From: a virus
Taxonomy: Duplodnaviria > Caudoviricetes
Direction: 5' to 3' (one strand)
DNA: 64,000 bases
IMG/VR virus record: IMGVR_UViG_2595698755_000001
Span: 104,877 to 168,876 of that record
Within the stretch, counting starts at the first letter, position 1, and every line of letters begins with the position of its first letter. Below, in pieces: positions 10,698 to 21,800 of this stretch. The translations under genes and the position numbers were made by a program. The notes below the pieces were generated by a model. It searched no databases. It had not been told where the DNA came from and worked only from the letters and a program-made list of their open reading frames with translations.

Positions 10698-11792
10698 TTA
10701 TTTAGAAACTTCGCAAATAATATTTCCACGAACTGTAACATCTGCTCCATCAACAGTAATTGTTTTTCCTGTCTTGCTTCCAGTAGTATTCCAGTTTGCG
10801 ATTTTGACATTATTATTGTCATATAGATACCATGTGTATGTATATCCACCTGTACCTGCTGAGTCAATTTCTGCCCCACCTTGATAGATTTTAGCAGTTA
10901 GACTTGTAGTACCTACTCCATTTTTGAATGTGTTAATACCAACGATAGTAACCATGAATGGGTCTGATACGTCAATCACTGTACAAACATCTGCATATTT
11001 TTTAGTGCTGTAAGTCGCTACACATTTGAATGATTCAACGTTTATGATTGCAGAAGCAGGAATTGTAATTGTTGCAGTTGTATAGCCAGTAACACCGTTA
11101 GCTGTCGCTGTATCCTTCATCAACTTCCATCCGTTACCTCCATCTGCATCTCCACCAACAGTAGTTGTAGCTGTTGGGTCTTGGAAGTACCATTTGTATG
11201 TAACACCTGCTGATTGAACTGCTGAACCAACATATAAGTCACATGTTGCCTTTAAAGTACCATTAGCATTTTTAATAGTATTACCATCTGGTGTCCATAC
11301 TGTAGCACGAATAGCATCTTGACCATTTGTACCGTTAGTACCATTTGTACCATTCGTAATCTTAACAATCTCATATTCCGCTTTACTTGTTACTGTGAAT
11401 CCTGTATCAGTATCTAAGAATTGCATTTCACAAATATAAGTCATAGAGTTGTTGGATGCTAGAACGTTCCCTTTAATTGTAAGAGTTTTAGGTGTCCCAG
11501 TTCCTAAAGTGTAGTCTGTTGTACTTGCTGTGATTTCAGTTGGTGTCCCAGTTGAATTAGTTTGTACGAACCATTTTGTAGAAGTAGCTTGGTTTGCCAC
11601 ATCTGTATTTGTTCCTGCTACGAATAATTGCGGTGTCAAAACGTTATTCGCTGTTGTATAGTTAGGAACATATGTTGCTCCATTTGGATTATAAATTACT
11701 TGTCTTTGTTGCGATGAACCAATGAACATAATCAACTGCTTACTATCATTTAAATCCACCAATGTAAGTTGTCCACTTGCAACTATTGCCAT
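10698..11792 (-). CDS. Tail/baseplate structural protein, 364 aa
   Basis: N-terminus (GQLTLVDLND) parallels the next gene (GQMTLVDMND); short NGT repeats; beta-rich. Confidence 0.65.
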   Translation of the reverse strand: MAIVASGQLTLVDLNDSKQLIMFIGSSQQRQVIYNPNGATYVPNYTTANNVLTPQLFVAGTNTDVANQATSTKWFVQTNSTGTPTEITASTTDYTLGTGTPKTLTIKGNVLASNNSMTYICEMQFLDTDTGFTVTSKAEYEIVKITNGTNGTNGTNGQDAIRATVWTPDGNTIKNANGTLKATCDLYVGSAVQSAGVTYKWYFQDPTATTTVGGDADGGNGWKLMKDTATANGVTGYTTATITIPASAIINVESFKCVATYSTKKYADVCTVIDVSDPFMVTIVGINTFKNGVGTTSLTAKIYQGGAEIDSAGTGGYTYTWYLYDNNNVKIANWNTTGSKTGKTITVDGADVTVRGNIICEVSK

Positions 11793-11811
11793 TTCAAATC
11801 ATTCCTTTTTC

Positions 11812-14475
11812 TCAATCTTTATTAATCTCGCACTTGAAAATAGCTTTCTGATTAACATCTACTGCTGTAACGCTAATCTTATTACCTACTCCTACATGTG
11901 CATTTGTCCATGCAGTATCAAGCACTCCATCTTTGTCATATTTTGTCCAGATAAATCCAGAAGGTAGAATTGTGTCAGTGATTTCAGATTGTCCTCTAAA
12001 TACTCTAGCTGTAATATCTGTATCAATTTGACCATTCTTGAACGTAAAACCTTTTGTCGAATGAAACTCAATTTTGTAAACAACATCGTTTTTAACTTCT
12101 TCAATATCAGTCTGGATTCCTTCTGCGATAGTTTTTGCATCTTTTGCAATCTGAGAAACCATAATGTCAATTTGCTTTTGAAGTTCTTCTTGAGCAGTGG
12201 AATAATTTTTCCATCTAGCATCAAACATAGTTCTATCAATTCGTGTTGTAAATGCCATATTGGTAGGGTCTAATAATGGCTTGTCTCCATGTAATTGAAC
12301 GAATAAATAGTCATACAATTCTGTATATCTTGTATGGAAATCTGTAACGAATTGTAGTCCTTCTCCATCATTAGGGAATAGGTTATGAATTTTTTCTGTG
12401 TTTTTGTTATATGCTACTTCATATTTGTCCCATTCAAGTTTTAACATCTTCTTCTCATATGCTGTAATCATGTTGTCATCTTTAAACTCATCAACAAAGT
12501 TAGATGAATCAATGAATTTGTTTCCATCAAATCTTCCACTAGATGATTCTAGAATAAACGCACTTGCATCAATTCTTACACCGTTTTTATCGAATGTGAA
12601 TGTTCCTGCACTGTTTGTTAGAATTAGATTTTCACCTGCGATGATTTGACCAATTAATCTTTCTGCAACGATTCCATCTGGCTTAATTGCTGTTTTCCAT
12701 GTTTCACCTTTGTCTTGTGATAAGGCGATTACACCACTCTGGATAATAACTACTTCATTTGGATTATCGGGACTTGTAACAATCATCCCACGATTACCAA
12801 TTTCGATAGAGTTATTAACCCCTGCGATGATTTTGTTTTTTGTTGCATCCCATTCACTAGTAACAATGTTACTAACTACATCTTCAATTTTGTTTACTTT
12901 GTCCCACTTATACTTATTAGCTTGAACAAGTGAAGATGCACTGGAATTGCTATATAATAATTGAACAAGTTTATCTGTGTCACTTAAAATATCTTTTGTG
13001 TTTGCCACTGTAATACTTGCTTCATTATTTTCTAAGTCATATTTGATTTCAATAATCTTAGCCATATATTCAATCTTCATTTGTGGATATTTAACTTTAA
13101 TTAAATCTCCTAATATCAATTTATCCCAGTAATACTGTTCTTCAATGATATTCATAAGATTGTCAATAGTCACATCTATTACGACTTTTGGTTGTCTTAG
13201 TTCTTCAAATTTCTTGAGTCCATCTTGATATAATTCTTTTGCATCTATATATTTATCATCTACCCATTTTTTCTCAATGATGAATAGATTCAGTTCATCA
13301 AGAAGTTCTGGTGTGAATCCACTACCTGTAGCAATTTGAGTTTGCAATGCATCAATCTGACTCTTATATGATTCTACTTTATTTTTGATGATATCATTTG
13401 CTTGTCGTTTTGCAGTAATCTGTGCTTCTTTATCACTCAACTCTAATTGACGTTGAGAAATTAGTGTCGCATTTTCTGTAGCTTTTGCAGTATCTAACAA
13501 TCCCTGTATTGTTTTAAGTTGACCTTCTAGTTCTCGAAGTTCTGTTTCTCCTGTCAATAATAGAGTTTGTTGTGCTAACATATCATCTGTTAAACTTTTG
13601 ATTTGTGGTGCTTTATCTGCAATCAGTATTTGTTGATTCAAGATAGCATGGCACAATTCATTAGACATAAAATAAGACTCTTTAATAACGTTCTTATTTA
13701 CATCTCTTTCAAATGGATAAAGGAAGTAACTAAAGTCTTCAATGTAAGCTTGACCAGTAGGATTAACTCCATGAATACTTAATTCCTCACTACCATAAAT
13801 ATACAGTCTAGTTGTTAATTCATCTGTTGTTCTTGTTCTTTTGATAGACTGTAAAAATCTACCATAGTTTACTGTCATACCTTTAAATACACCATTCTTG
13901 GACATATCCTTAAATGATACTTTTCTAGTTACAGTATCCCAAACAATCAATGCACCGAATGTTTCTCCTGCTTGAATAATACAATCTAGAACGTTTGAAT
14001 CTGTTCCAGAATCGAATGAACGAAACATGACATCAAACATTGCATCCACTGTTCCAATCTTCCAAACTGTATTCTCAAGTAAATTGGTTAGTAGGTCTGT
14101 AGCATTAATTGCATCCTCTACATAATCACTTACCTGTTTCCCCTTCAACTCATAACCCAAAGAAAAAGCCTTTACATTAAAAATATCTGAATCGTCACCG
14201 TCTTCTTCAATCTCATTAACAACATACCATTCTATGTATGCTCCCATCGTTACTCTAATCAACATCATTTCCTTGATAGAATCAACGTGTGGGTTTGGCT
14301 CTTGGTCTTCAATGAAATGAGGAATAGAGAAGCTTAATTCATTGATGTTTCCTAATTTAACAGACATCTCGCCACCGATTCTCTCATGAATGTGAGAAAT
14401 GATTTGTTTATTAGGTTTTGCTAAATGAAATTTAGCTTCTTGCAACCGTTTATTATAATCAATATCAATAAACAA
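11812..14475 (-). CDS. Tail-associated hub / Tal-like (prophage endopeptidase tail family) protein, 887 aa
   Basis: Position after Dit; INELSFSIP, TRLYIYG...NPTGQAYIEDFSYF, LGDLIKV motifs; central coiled coil. Confidence 0.75.
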   Translation of the reverse strand: MFIDIDYNKRLQEAKFHLAKPNKQIISHIHERIGGEMSVKLGNINELSFSIPHFIEDQEPNPHVDSIKEMMLIRVTMGAYIEWYVVNEIEEDGDDSDIFNVKAFSLGYELKGKQVSDYVEDAINATDLLTNLLENTVWKIGTVDAMFDVMFRSFDSGTDSNVLDCIIQAGETFGALIVWDTVTRKVSFKDMSKNGVFKGMTVNYGRFLQSIKRTRTTDELTTRLYIYGSEELSIHGVNPTGQAYIEDFSYFLYPFERDVNKNVIKESYFMSNELCHAILNQQILIADKAPQIKSLTDDMLAQQTLLLTGETELRELEGQLKTIQGLLDTAKATENATLISQRQLELSDKEAQITAKRQANDIIKNKVESYKSQIDALQTQIATGSGFTPELLDELNLFIIEKKWVDDKYIDAKELYQDGLKKFEELRQPKVVIDVTIDNLMNIIEEQYYWDKLILGDLIKVKYPQMKIEYMAKIIEIKYDLENNEASITVANTKDILSDTDKLVQLLYSNSSASSLVQANKYKWDKVNKIEDVVSNIVTSEWDATKNKIIAGVNNSIEIGNRGMIVTSPDNPNEVVIIQSGVIALSQDKGETWKTAIKPDGIVAERLIGQIIAGENLILTNSAGTFTFDKNGVRIDASAFILESSSGRFDGNKFIDSSNFVDEFKDDNMITAYEKKMLKLEWDKYEVAYNKNTEKIHNLFPNDGEGLQFVTDFHTRYTELYDYLFVQLHGDKPLLDPTNMAFTTRIDRTMFDARWKNYSTAQEELQKQIDIMVSQIAKDAKTIAEGIQTDIEEVKNDVVYKIEFHSTKGFTFKNGQIDTDITARVFRGQSEITDTILPSGFIWTKYDKDGVLDTAWTNAHVGVGNKISVTAVDVNQKAIFKCEINKD

Positions 14476-14491
14476 TCTCTATACCCCTCTC

Positions 14492-14986
14492 TTATATTTC
14501 TTTTAAATCGTACACCTCAAATAATTCTTGTGGTGTTATATTTCCTAAATTATCGTTCGTCTTACGCTTTACACCAGAAGTGTAATAAGCTAAATCAACA
14601 AGTTCTGAACAAATCAATTTGTTCGCACTGTTGAAGAATAAATTTCTTTTTCTCTTTAATGCTAAAGACAAGAATAAACCAAGAAGCTGAGAATAATCAT
14701 ATCTCTTACCTATATTCTTATAAGCATAAGCAACAATCTTATCTGTCACTTCTTTTGGTTGATTTCCAGTAGTGTAAATTACATGTCGTTCATTTAACTC
14801 CAGTCTCGCAACTCTTGTTTTAATGAATCTATTAGACTCAATTATTGTGATTACCTTTGTTGATTCATCGTATCCAACAACTAATCCAACATGAGTAAAC
14901 TCACTATTTGTAACTTTAGCAATTAACTTAGATATAAAAGAATTTGTTTTCTTGAAAAATACTAAATTTCCAATCATAAATCTCAC
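14492..14986 (-). CDS. Permuted papain-like NlpC/P60 amidase (YiiX/YebB family)
   Basis: FTHVGLV (His), GKRYDY, LICSELV (Cys), ITPQEL motifs in permuted order. Confidence 0.8.
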   Translation of the reverse strand: MRFMIGNLVFFKKTNSFISKLIAKVTNSEFTHVGLVVGYDESTKVITIIESNRFIKTRVARLELNERHVIYTTGNQPKEVTDKIVAYAYKNIGKRYDYSQLLGLFLSLALKRKRNLFFNSANKLICSELVDLAYYTSGVKRKTNDNLGNITPQELFEVYDLKEI

Positions 14987-14998
14987 CTTAATAAATAT

Positions 14999-15027
14999 AT
15001 TATACCATAATTATTTGTGCCTGTCAA
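14999..15027 (-). promoter_or_regulatory. Sigma-A consensus promoter
   Basis: TTGACA-17-TATAAT directly upstream of the YiiX-like gene. Confidence 0.7.
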
Positions 15028-15054
15028 ATAATATAGTACATTATTTGGAAAATT

Positions 15055-15834
15055 CTAGAATCTATATTTGTTCTTATATCTAAACTGAATCGTACAACTA
15101 CCTGTAATCTTGATTCTATTTTGTCCATAAACTAATCGAGGGAAGTTACCCACGATTTTGTCATATCTATACATACCAATAATGTCAGTCTGAATAATTT
15201 CTTTCTCACAATTGATATAAATATCTTCTGCATTTGTTAAATCTCTTACTTCAAAGATATTGCCACCATCATCTAAAAATTCTAATGTAACTGTTCCTGC
15301 ACCAGATTTCTTAATTGAAATTTCTGGATACACATCAAAATGACTATCACTACTAATAGTGATTGTTTGAGGTGTAGTAGTTACAGTTGTGCTAGAAGTT
15401 GTAAGAGTTGGTGAATATACTTGAGATGAATCACATCTCATAGTGATTGTAAAGTATCCTTGCTTAATACCATTATGTACAATCTGTGCATCACTAATAG
15501 GCATACAGTAATACACTCTATTTTCTGCTCCTGCAAAGTATAAGGGTTTATGATAGTCAACCCACAACCATCTGATAATGTTTGAAATTTGGTCATCTGT
15601 ATAAGTCCCATTGATTGCTATGTTCATTTCAAATTCAAGTGGAGAATCTTCTACACTATGTAACAAAGGTTTACTATTACCTCTAACTTTTGTCTCATTT
15701 AAATCCCTTGAAGCCACGAAAACTTCTTCATACATTCCAGAATCTAGAACGACATTCATAACATTATGTGTATCAGACCATACACCATTGAAATTAAATC
15801 GAACTTTGTCTTTAATAGTTGGCATCCTTTTCAC
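15055..15834 (-). CDS. Distal tail protein (Dit)
   Basis: Follows tape measure; FNFNG, WL...KPLYF, YYC, GYFTITMRC, FPRLVYGQNRI motifs. Confidence 0.8.
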   Translation of the reverse strand: MKRMPTIKDKVRFNFNGVWSDTHNVMNVVLDSGMYEEVFVASRDLNETKVRGNSKPLLHSVEDSPLEFEMNIAINGTYTDDQISNIIRWLWVDYHKPLYFAGAENRVYYCMPISDAQIVHNGIKQGYFTITMRCDSSQVYSPTLTTSSTTVTTTPQTITISSDSHFDVYPEISIKKSGAGTVTLEFLDDGGNIFEVRDLTNAEDIYINCEKEIIQTDIIGMYRYDKIVGNFPRLVYGQNRIKITGSCTIQFRYKNKYRF

Positions 15835-15863
15835 TCCTAAAAAAATAGGAAAGAGAGGATGGG

Positions 15864-18800
15864 TTATTTACCCATCTTCTTCAATCCTTTAATGATTTCA
15901 CTAGTTACTGATTTAGCTTGGTCTTTAGTACCGTTCATACTTTCAATGTTGACATCTAAATAGTAATTGTTTTCTACGTTCATTCCGCTTACTCCACCTT
16001 CACCAACGAATTGACGAGCCATGTTGTTAGCTTGAATGTTTGGCAAGTAGTCTTTCACTTTATCAACAAGCTTGACAGTATCGAATAAATTCTTTGTGTC
16101 GTTTGCGTTTAATACTTGTTCTTTCTTGTGAAGCATTGCCATCTTTCCACCATTGCCACTCCAATCACCAGTATAACCGCCAGTGTCGAATGCTTTGATG
16201 TATTTCTTGTTTGCATACCCAGTGCTTGCTCCTCTATTGTTAGAGAACTTAACTTTCCACCAATCTCCTTCTTCTCCAAGGATTTGTACGTTTGCACCAT
16301 TTAAGATACGTCTAATTACTCCACCTTGCATGTTTGGTGCGTTACGAATGTTTAGATAACTATCTGATGTTACACCAGTTACGTTACCCTTCGTAGGCAT
16401 TTGTTGTGGTGGGATAGGTGGCTTCTGTTGAGCAGGTGGCGTAGGTGGTGGTTCTGGAGCAGGTTTCATAGGTCTAGCAGGGTCATCTGGACGAATTACT
16501 TCGTTTTCGAATGTGTTATATCCTTTAGCCTTGATTAACTCTTCTACGTCACTCTTAGGGTCTTGTAGGTTGAAATCCATATTGTCAACAACCATGTCAT
16601 TTGCATCTTGAACTTGTTTCTTAGTTTCATCTGAGAAGTCTTTGAAACTTGGTGTTAATCCATCGAATACTCCGTTGTTCATGTTGTTAATTTGCTGTTG
16701 CATTTTTTGTAATTCATCGTTTAATGTTTGGAAGTTTCCTTTGATGAATTGGTCACGCATATCAGCCCAACGTTTTTCATTGTCGATAAGGTCATCGTAT
16801 TTTGTACTTACGTTATCTTTTTCTTTGTCTAGTTCTTCAACTTTTCCGTTTAATACTTCTTCTTCTGCTTTTTTCTTATCTTCAATTTCTTTTAATTGCT
16901 GTTCTTTTTGGTCTTCTAACGCTTGTCGCATTAGTTCATCTTGACGTTCTTGTTGGAACTTAGCAATCTCTTTATCCATTTCAGCAAGTTCTTTTTTCAT
17001 TTCCTCTAGTTTTTTCTTACCAGAAAGGCTAGTATCTTTGGATAAAATACTGATTTTATTCTGTAAGTCAGCACGTTCTTTGTTCTTGTTAGACAATTCT
17101 TCTTGATAGTTTGCTTCGTCTTTGTCTTTGTCCATTTGTTTTAGCTTCGCATCATATACTCCATTAATCTTTTCGATTTCTTTGTCGTATAATTTCATCT
17201 TAGCATCATGTGCTTTTTTCAAGTTCTCTTGTTCTTTATCAATAGCATCAATTGCCATATCTTTCATGTTCTTATAGTAGTTCTTTAATTGGTCAATGCC
17301 TTTGTCTGCTACATCTCCACGAGCATCTTTAATTTCTTTTTCAGCTTGTAATACAGCTAATGCTGAATCTTCCCAAGCTTCTTTTACTTTATCAATCTCT
17401 GCTTTGATTTCTGTAGCTACTTTGCTATCCTTACCAAATTTATCTTCCGCTTCGTAAAGTTTTAGAGTTAAATCACGTTGTTGGTCTTCTAGCTTTTTCT
17501 TTTCAAGTTTTAATTGTTGTGCTTTCTCAATATAAAGATTCATCATCTTTGTCATGTTGTTAGGGTCTGTCAATTCCGCTACTGAGATATTGAAATCAAT
17601 ATCATCAACTTTGCCCTTGATTTCCTCTAATCCTTTTGTATAAGCTTCAACAATAGCATCTACGTGTGCTTTCAGAATGTCTGCATAACGTTGTTCCCAG
17701 TTGTCTAAGAACTCTTGCCATTCTGCTCTCATTGAAGTAATAGAACTTAAATTACTTTCGTATTCTGACCATAGTTTGTTGTATTGGTCACGTTGTTCTT
17801 TTGTATGACTATTAATGTTTTTCAGACCTTCTAGTTCACGCTTGATTTGTTCATTTCTACGTTCTTTATCCCATAGGTCATGATTTAAAAGTTCCCAACG
17901 TTTGATTTCAACTTGATACACATCATGCATCATCTTGCGATATTCTGCTGTGCTCTTATTCATGGATTTCATCTTAGCTTCCATCCACTTTAATGTTACG
18001 TCTAATTCTTTCATGCTACGTTCATAGCTACTCCAAACAGTAGGGTCTGCTAGTTTATCTGCTTCTGAATCTGTACTACTTGCTTTTGCAGAATAGAATG
18101 ATTCTTTAACCCAACTTCCGTCTTCTGTTTGAACGTATCCTTTTTTACGTCTGTTAGGGTCATTTCTATCGTTGTCTTCAAAGCTATCACTGTATCCAGA
18201 TAATGCTCCAAATAATCCATAAGAATTATATCCTGTATAGATTGATGGTTGGATTGTACCAGAAGTACCTCCACCTCCACCGATAGAACCAGAGTCTCCA
18301 CTACTTGCAGAGAATGAACCTAAAGCACTTGACATTGCTGAACCGAAGTTCGTTACTGCACTTGCTACTTCTCCGTTACCAGTATCAGCAAGAACATTTG
18401 TAATAGAACTCATTGTCCATGTTGCACCTGTTGGTAATGGTGGTAATGATGGTGCTTTAACTTGTACGTTAGAAGCTTGTTGAGCCTTTGCAATATAATT
18501 GTTTAAATTAGTCATTGCACCAGAGATTGTGCTATTTAAACCTTGTACAGCAGATTTAGCTTGGTTAGCTGAATCTCTTACTTTGTTTAATGCACTAGCT
18601 TGTGAGTTGTGAGCACTATTCATAGCACCTGTACTTCCAACAACAGTTCCTACCATTGAACTGAAAGCACCTTTGATAGCACTACTTGCTTGCATAGTTC
18701 CAGAAGCCATTGCGAATACTGCCATCATGTAACTTGAGATTGCTCCCACGATAGATGAAATAGAACTGATTCCTGCTTGAGCCATTGCTGAATATGCTTG

Positions 18801-21800
18801 TGCCATATTTTGCGTTGCTGAGATTGCACTCATAATTGCGCTTGCTTCTGATTGTTTAGCGTTTGCTACATTGAATGATGCTGTAGCTGAGTTTTGTGAA
18901 GCATTAGCTTCTGCGTTTTTAGCCTGTGCGTTGTTTTGTGATGCGTTTGCACTTGCTTGAGATGCTTGAGTTGCGCTTGCTAATCCGCTTGATGCTGTCG
19001 CACTTGCAGAACCCATGTTTGCCATAGATTGAGATGCTAATGAACATGATGCACCGACACCATTCATTGCTCCTACAAAGCTACTTGCGCTACCGCTTGC
19101 GTTTGCCATTGAATCTCCAATGCCTTGTAAGCTTTGTGCTGTTCCGCTTGCTTGAGATACTACGTTAGACATTTCACCTCTAACACCACTCATAGATGTT
19201 TGGAATCCACTCATCGCTTGACCTGCACCTGCAAATGCCATACCGAATTGACTTAATCCTGTAGCTGTTCCCGTTACTTCTGTTGCCATTCCGTTCATTG
19301 AAGTTTTAACGTTGTCTACTGCAATCTTATATTGGTCTAATGCGTTTTTAGCGTTTCCAATTGTTGTAACGTGTCCTTGGATTTCTTGTGCACTTGTACC
19401 AGATTGTCTTGACATTCCTTGAAGTTGTTCTGTAAACAATTGTGCACTTGTTTTAAATGGTTGGAATCCTTGGTTGATACCAGTACCTAAGTTGCTGAAT
19501 GCAGTGTTAATACCACCAACGTTTGTTTCAACAGCAGTTTTCGTGTTGCTCATTTCTGTTCCAATGTTTTTAACATTTTCTTTTAATGGTGCTAAACTAT
19601 TTCCAGAGTTGCCGATTTGAGACATTCCAGATTGGAATCCTCCAACTGTTCCTCCTAGTTGTGTGTTCATGTCAATAAGTTTTCGACCTACTGCATCTGC
19701 TTCTGTTTTAAGAGGACTCATGTTTCCACCAGAGTTACCAATTGCAGTTGTATCAGATGATACTTTACTACTCGCTTCACCAGATTTTGTTGTTAGTTCA
19801 TCGAAACCTAAGTCTCTCATCTTTTGTTCTAGTAATGATAATGGTGCACCAGAATTACCTGCACGTTGCATGTCTGCTTCGACTTTACCTGCTGTTTCAC
19901 TAGATTTCGCTGTGAACTCATCAAAGCCTAAGTCTTTCATTTTGTTTTCTAGTAATGATAGTTTTTCACCAGAGTTTCCAATCTTAGCCATTTCTTCTGG
20001 AGTAATTGCTCCTGCTTTTTTAGCGTATTCAATTACACCTTCCATTGTAAGACCCAGTTCATCACCTTTTGCCTTAACTTGACTAAAATCTGCAAGGTTG
20101 ATTTTTTGTAATCCTTCGATTACTTGCTGACCAGTTTGACCACTCAATTGTCCAAGTTTTTCCATTTCTTGAATAAATGGTTGGAACTTGCTTCCAGATG
20201 AACCTACTTTATCACCTGCTTCATTGAATTTGTCTCCTGCTTCGTTGGCTTTGTCGCCACCTTCTTTAGCCTTATCACCTGCTTCGTTAAACTTCTCTCC
20301 ACCGCTTTTAGCTTTGTCTCCTGCTTGGTCAATACGGTTTCCGTTCTCATCTAGGATTTGACCTTGTTCTTTGATACCATGACCAAATGTACGTGCCTTA
20401 CCTGTTAACAAGTCTACGTCTAAACCATATTTAGCAACTGACTCTCTGAATCTATTGATTTGACCTTCTGTTGCGCTACCCCAGTCTAATGCTAGCTTTC
20501 CACTTTCATCATACTTAACGCCAATTTCTTGCATTACAGAAATAGTTTCATGTAATCCATCAATGTTTTCATAAACTTGGTCTTTAGAGATTCCTAAGAA
20601 CTCTGAAAGTTTTGCTCCAGATTCAGCCCAAAGTTGTGTTCCTTTTGCGTTTTCACCATATAATAGTTGAGCAGTTTTAAGTGCTTCTAGGTGACCTTGC
20701 ATGTTTCCTAGTTCTTCATTTTTATATCCGAATAATTCTTTTTGAGCATCTATTGCATCAATAACTGCTTCTTTGTAATCTTTAAGTGCACCTGTAGCTT
20801 CATCAACAGAACCGCCTGTTCCTTCCATTGCAGATGAAACACCGTTCTGAGATTCTTCTAGTGCTCTATTTCTAAGTTCTGCGTTAGCACTTTCCATACC
20901 AAGTTTCATAACAAACTCTCTAGCTTGCTCTGCACTTAATCCGTATTTCTCTGCTTCTTTAGCAAGTTCATCAAATGTTCCACCATTAGATGATTTAACC
21001 TTCATACCAACGTCAATTAATTTTTCCATGTTCTCTTTTGCTTTATCTAAATCATCAAGATTTTTGATATCAAAGAAATCGTCTGGGATTGCTTTACCAA
21101 TACTACCAAGTTGCTGTTTGATTTGTTCGATTTTTTGAGAACCTTTTAGAGTACCAGAGTCAATACCTTGAGTCATTTTGTCGAATGCTTTTGCAAAGAC
21201 ATCACCCATTTGGTTACCGCCCTCGGTAATCTTTCTAATCATTGAATCAATTTGCGCTTGAGATTTTCCATCTTCTACTAGCTTCTTGATTTTATCACTG
21301 TTCATAGTAGCGAATTTCTCTACTACTTGTTGAGCACCTTCACCCATTTTAGCTAGGCTACCTTTTGCTTCTAGATATGCTCTAGATTGCTCTTGGATTT
21401 TTGCAGTTGTTTTTTGTGTTGCATCTAAACGTTTGTAAACTAGGTCTGCCATACCTTTTTCGTATTTCATTTGCGCTTCTGCACGTTCTTCTTTAGAAGC
21501 ACCACCTGTACCTGCTTTCCAATCAACCGAACCAGTTTTAATCTTGTCACGTTCTGCTTTAAGCTTTTTCTCTTCCTCTACTAATTCTCTAAGTGCTTCG
21601 GCTTCTTTCTTAACGTTTTCATCGAATCTCTTATTAGTAGCATCTGCTTTAGCTTGTGATAATTCTTTTGTTAATTTTAAATGTTCTCTAAGTTCCTTAG
21701 AACTCTTCATCCATGCTTGACCTTGTGAGTCAATTGTTTTAACCATGTTTGGCATAGCTTGTGATAGTTTAGTTTGTACAAGCATGAACTCATCGTACTC

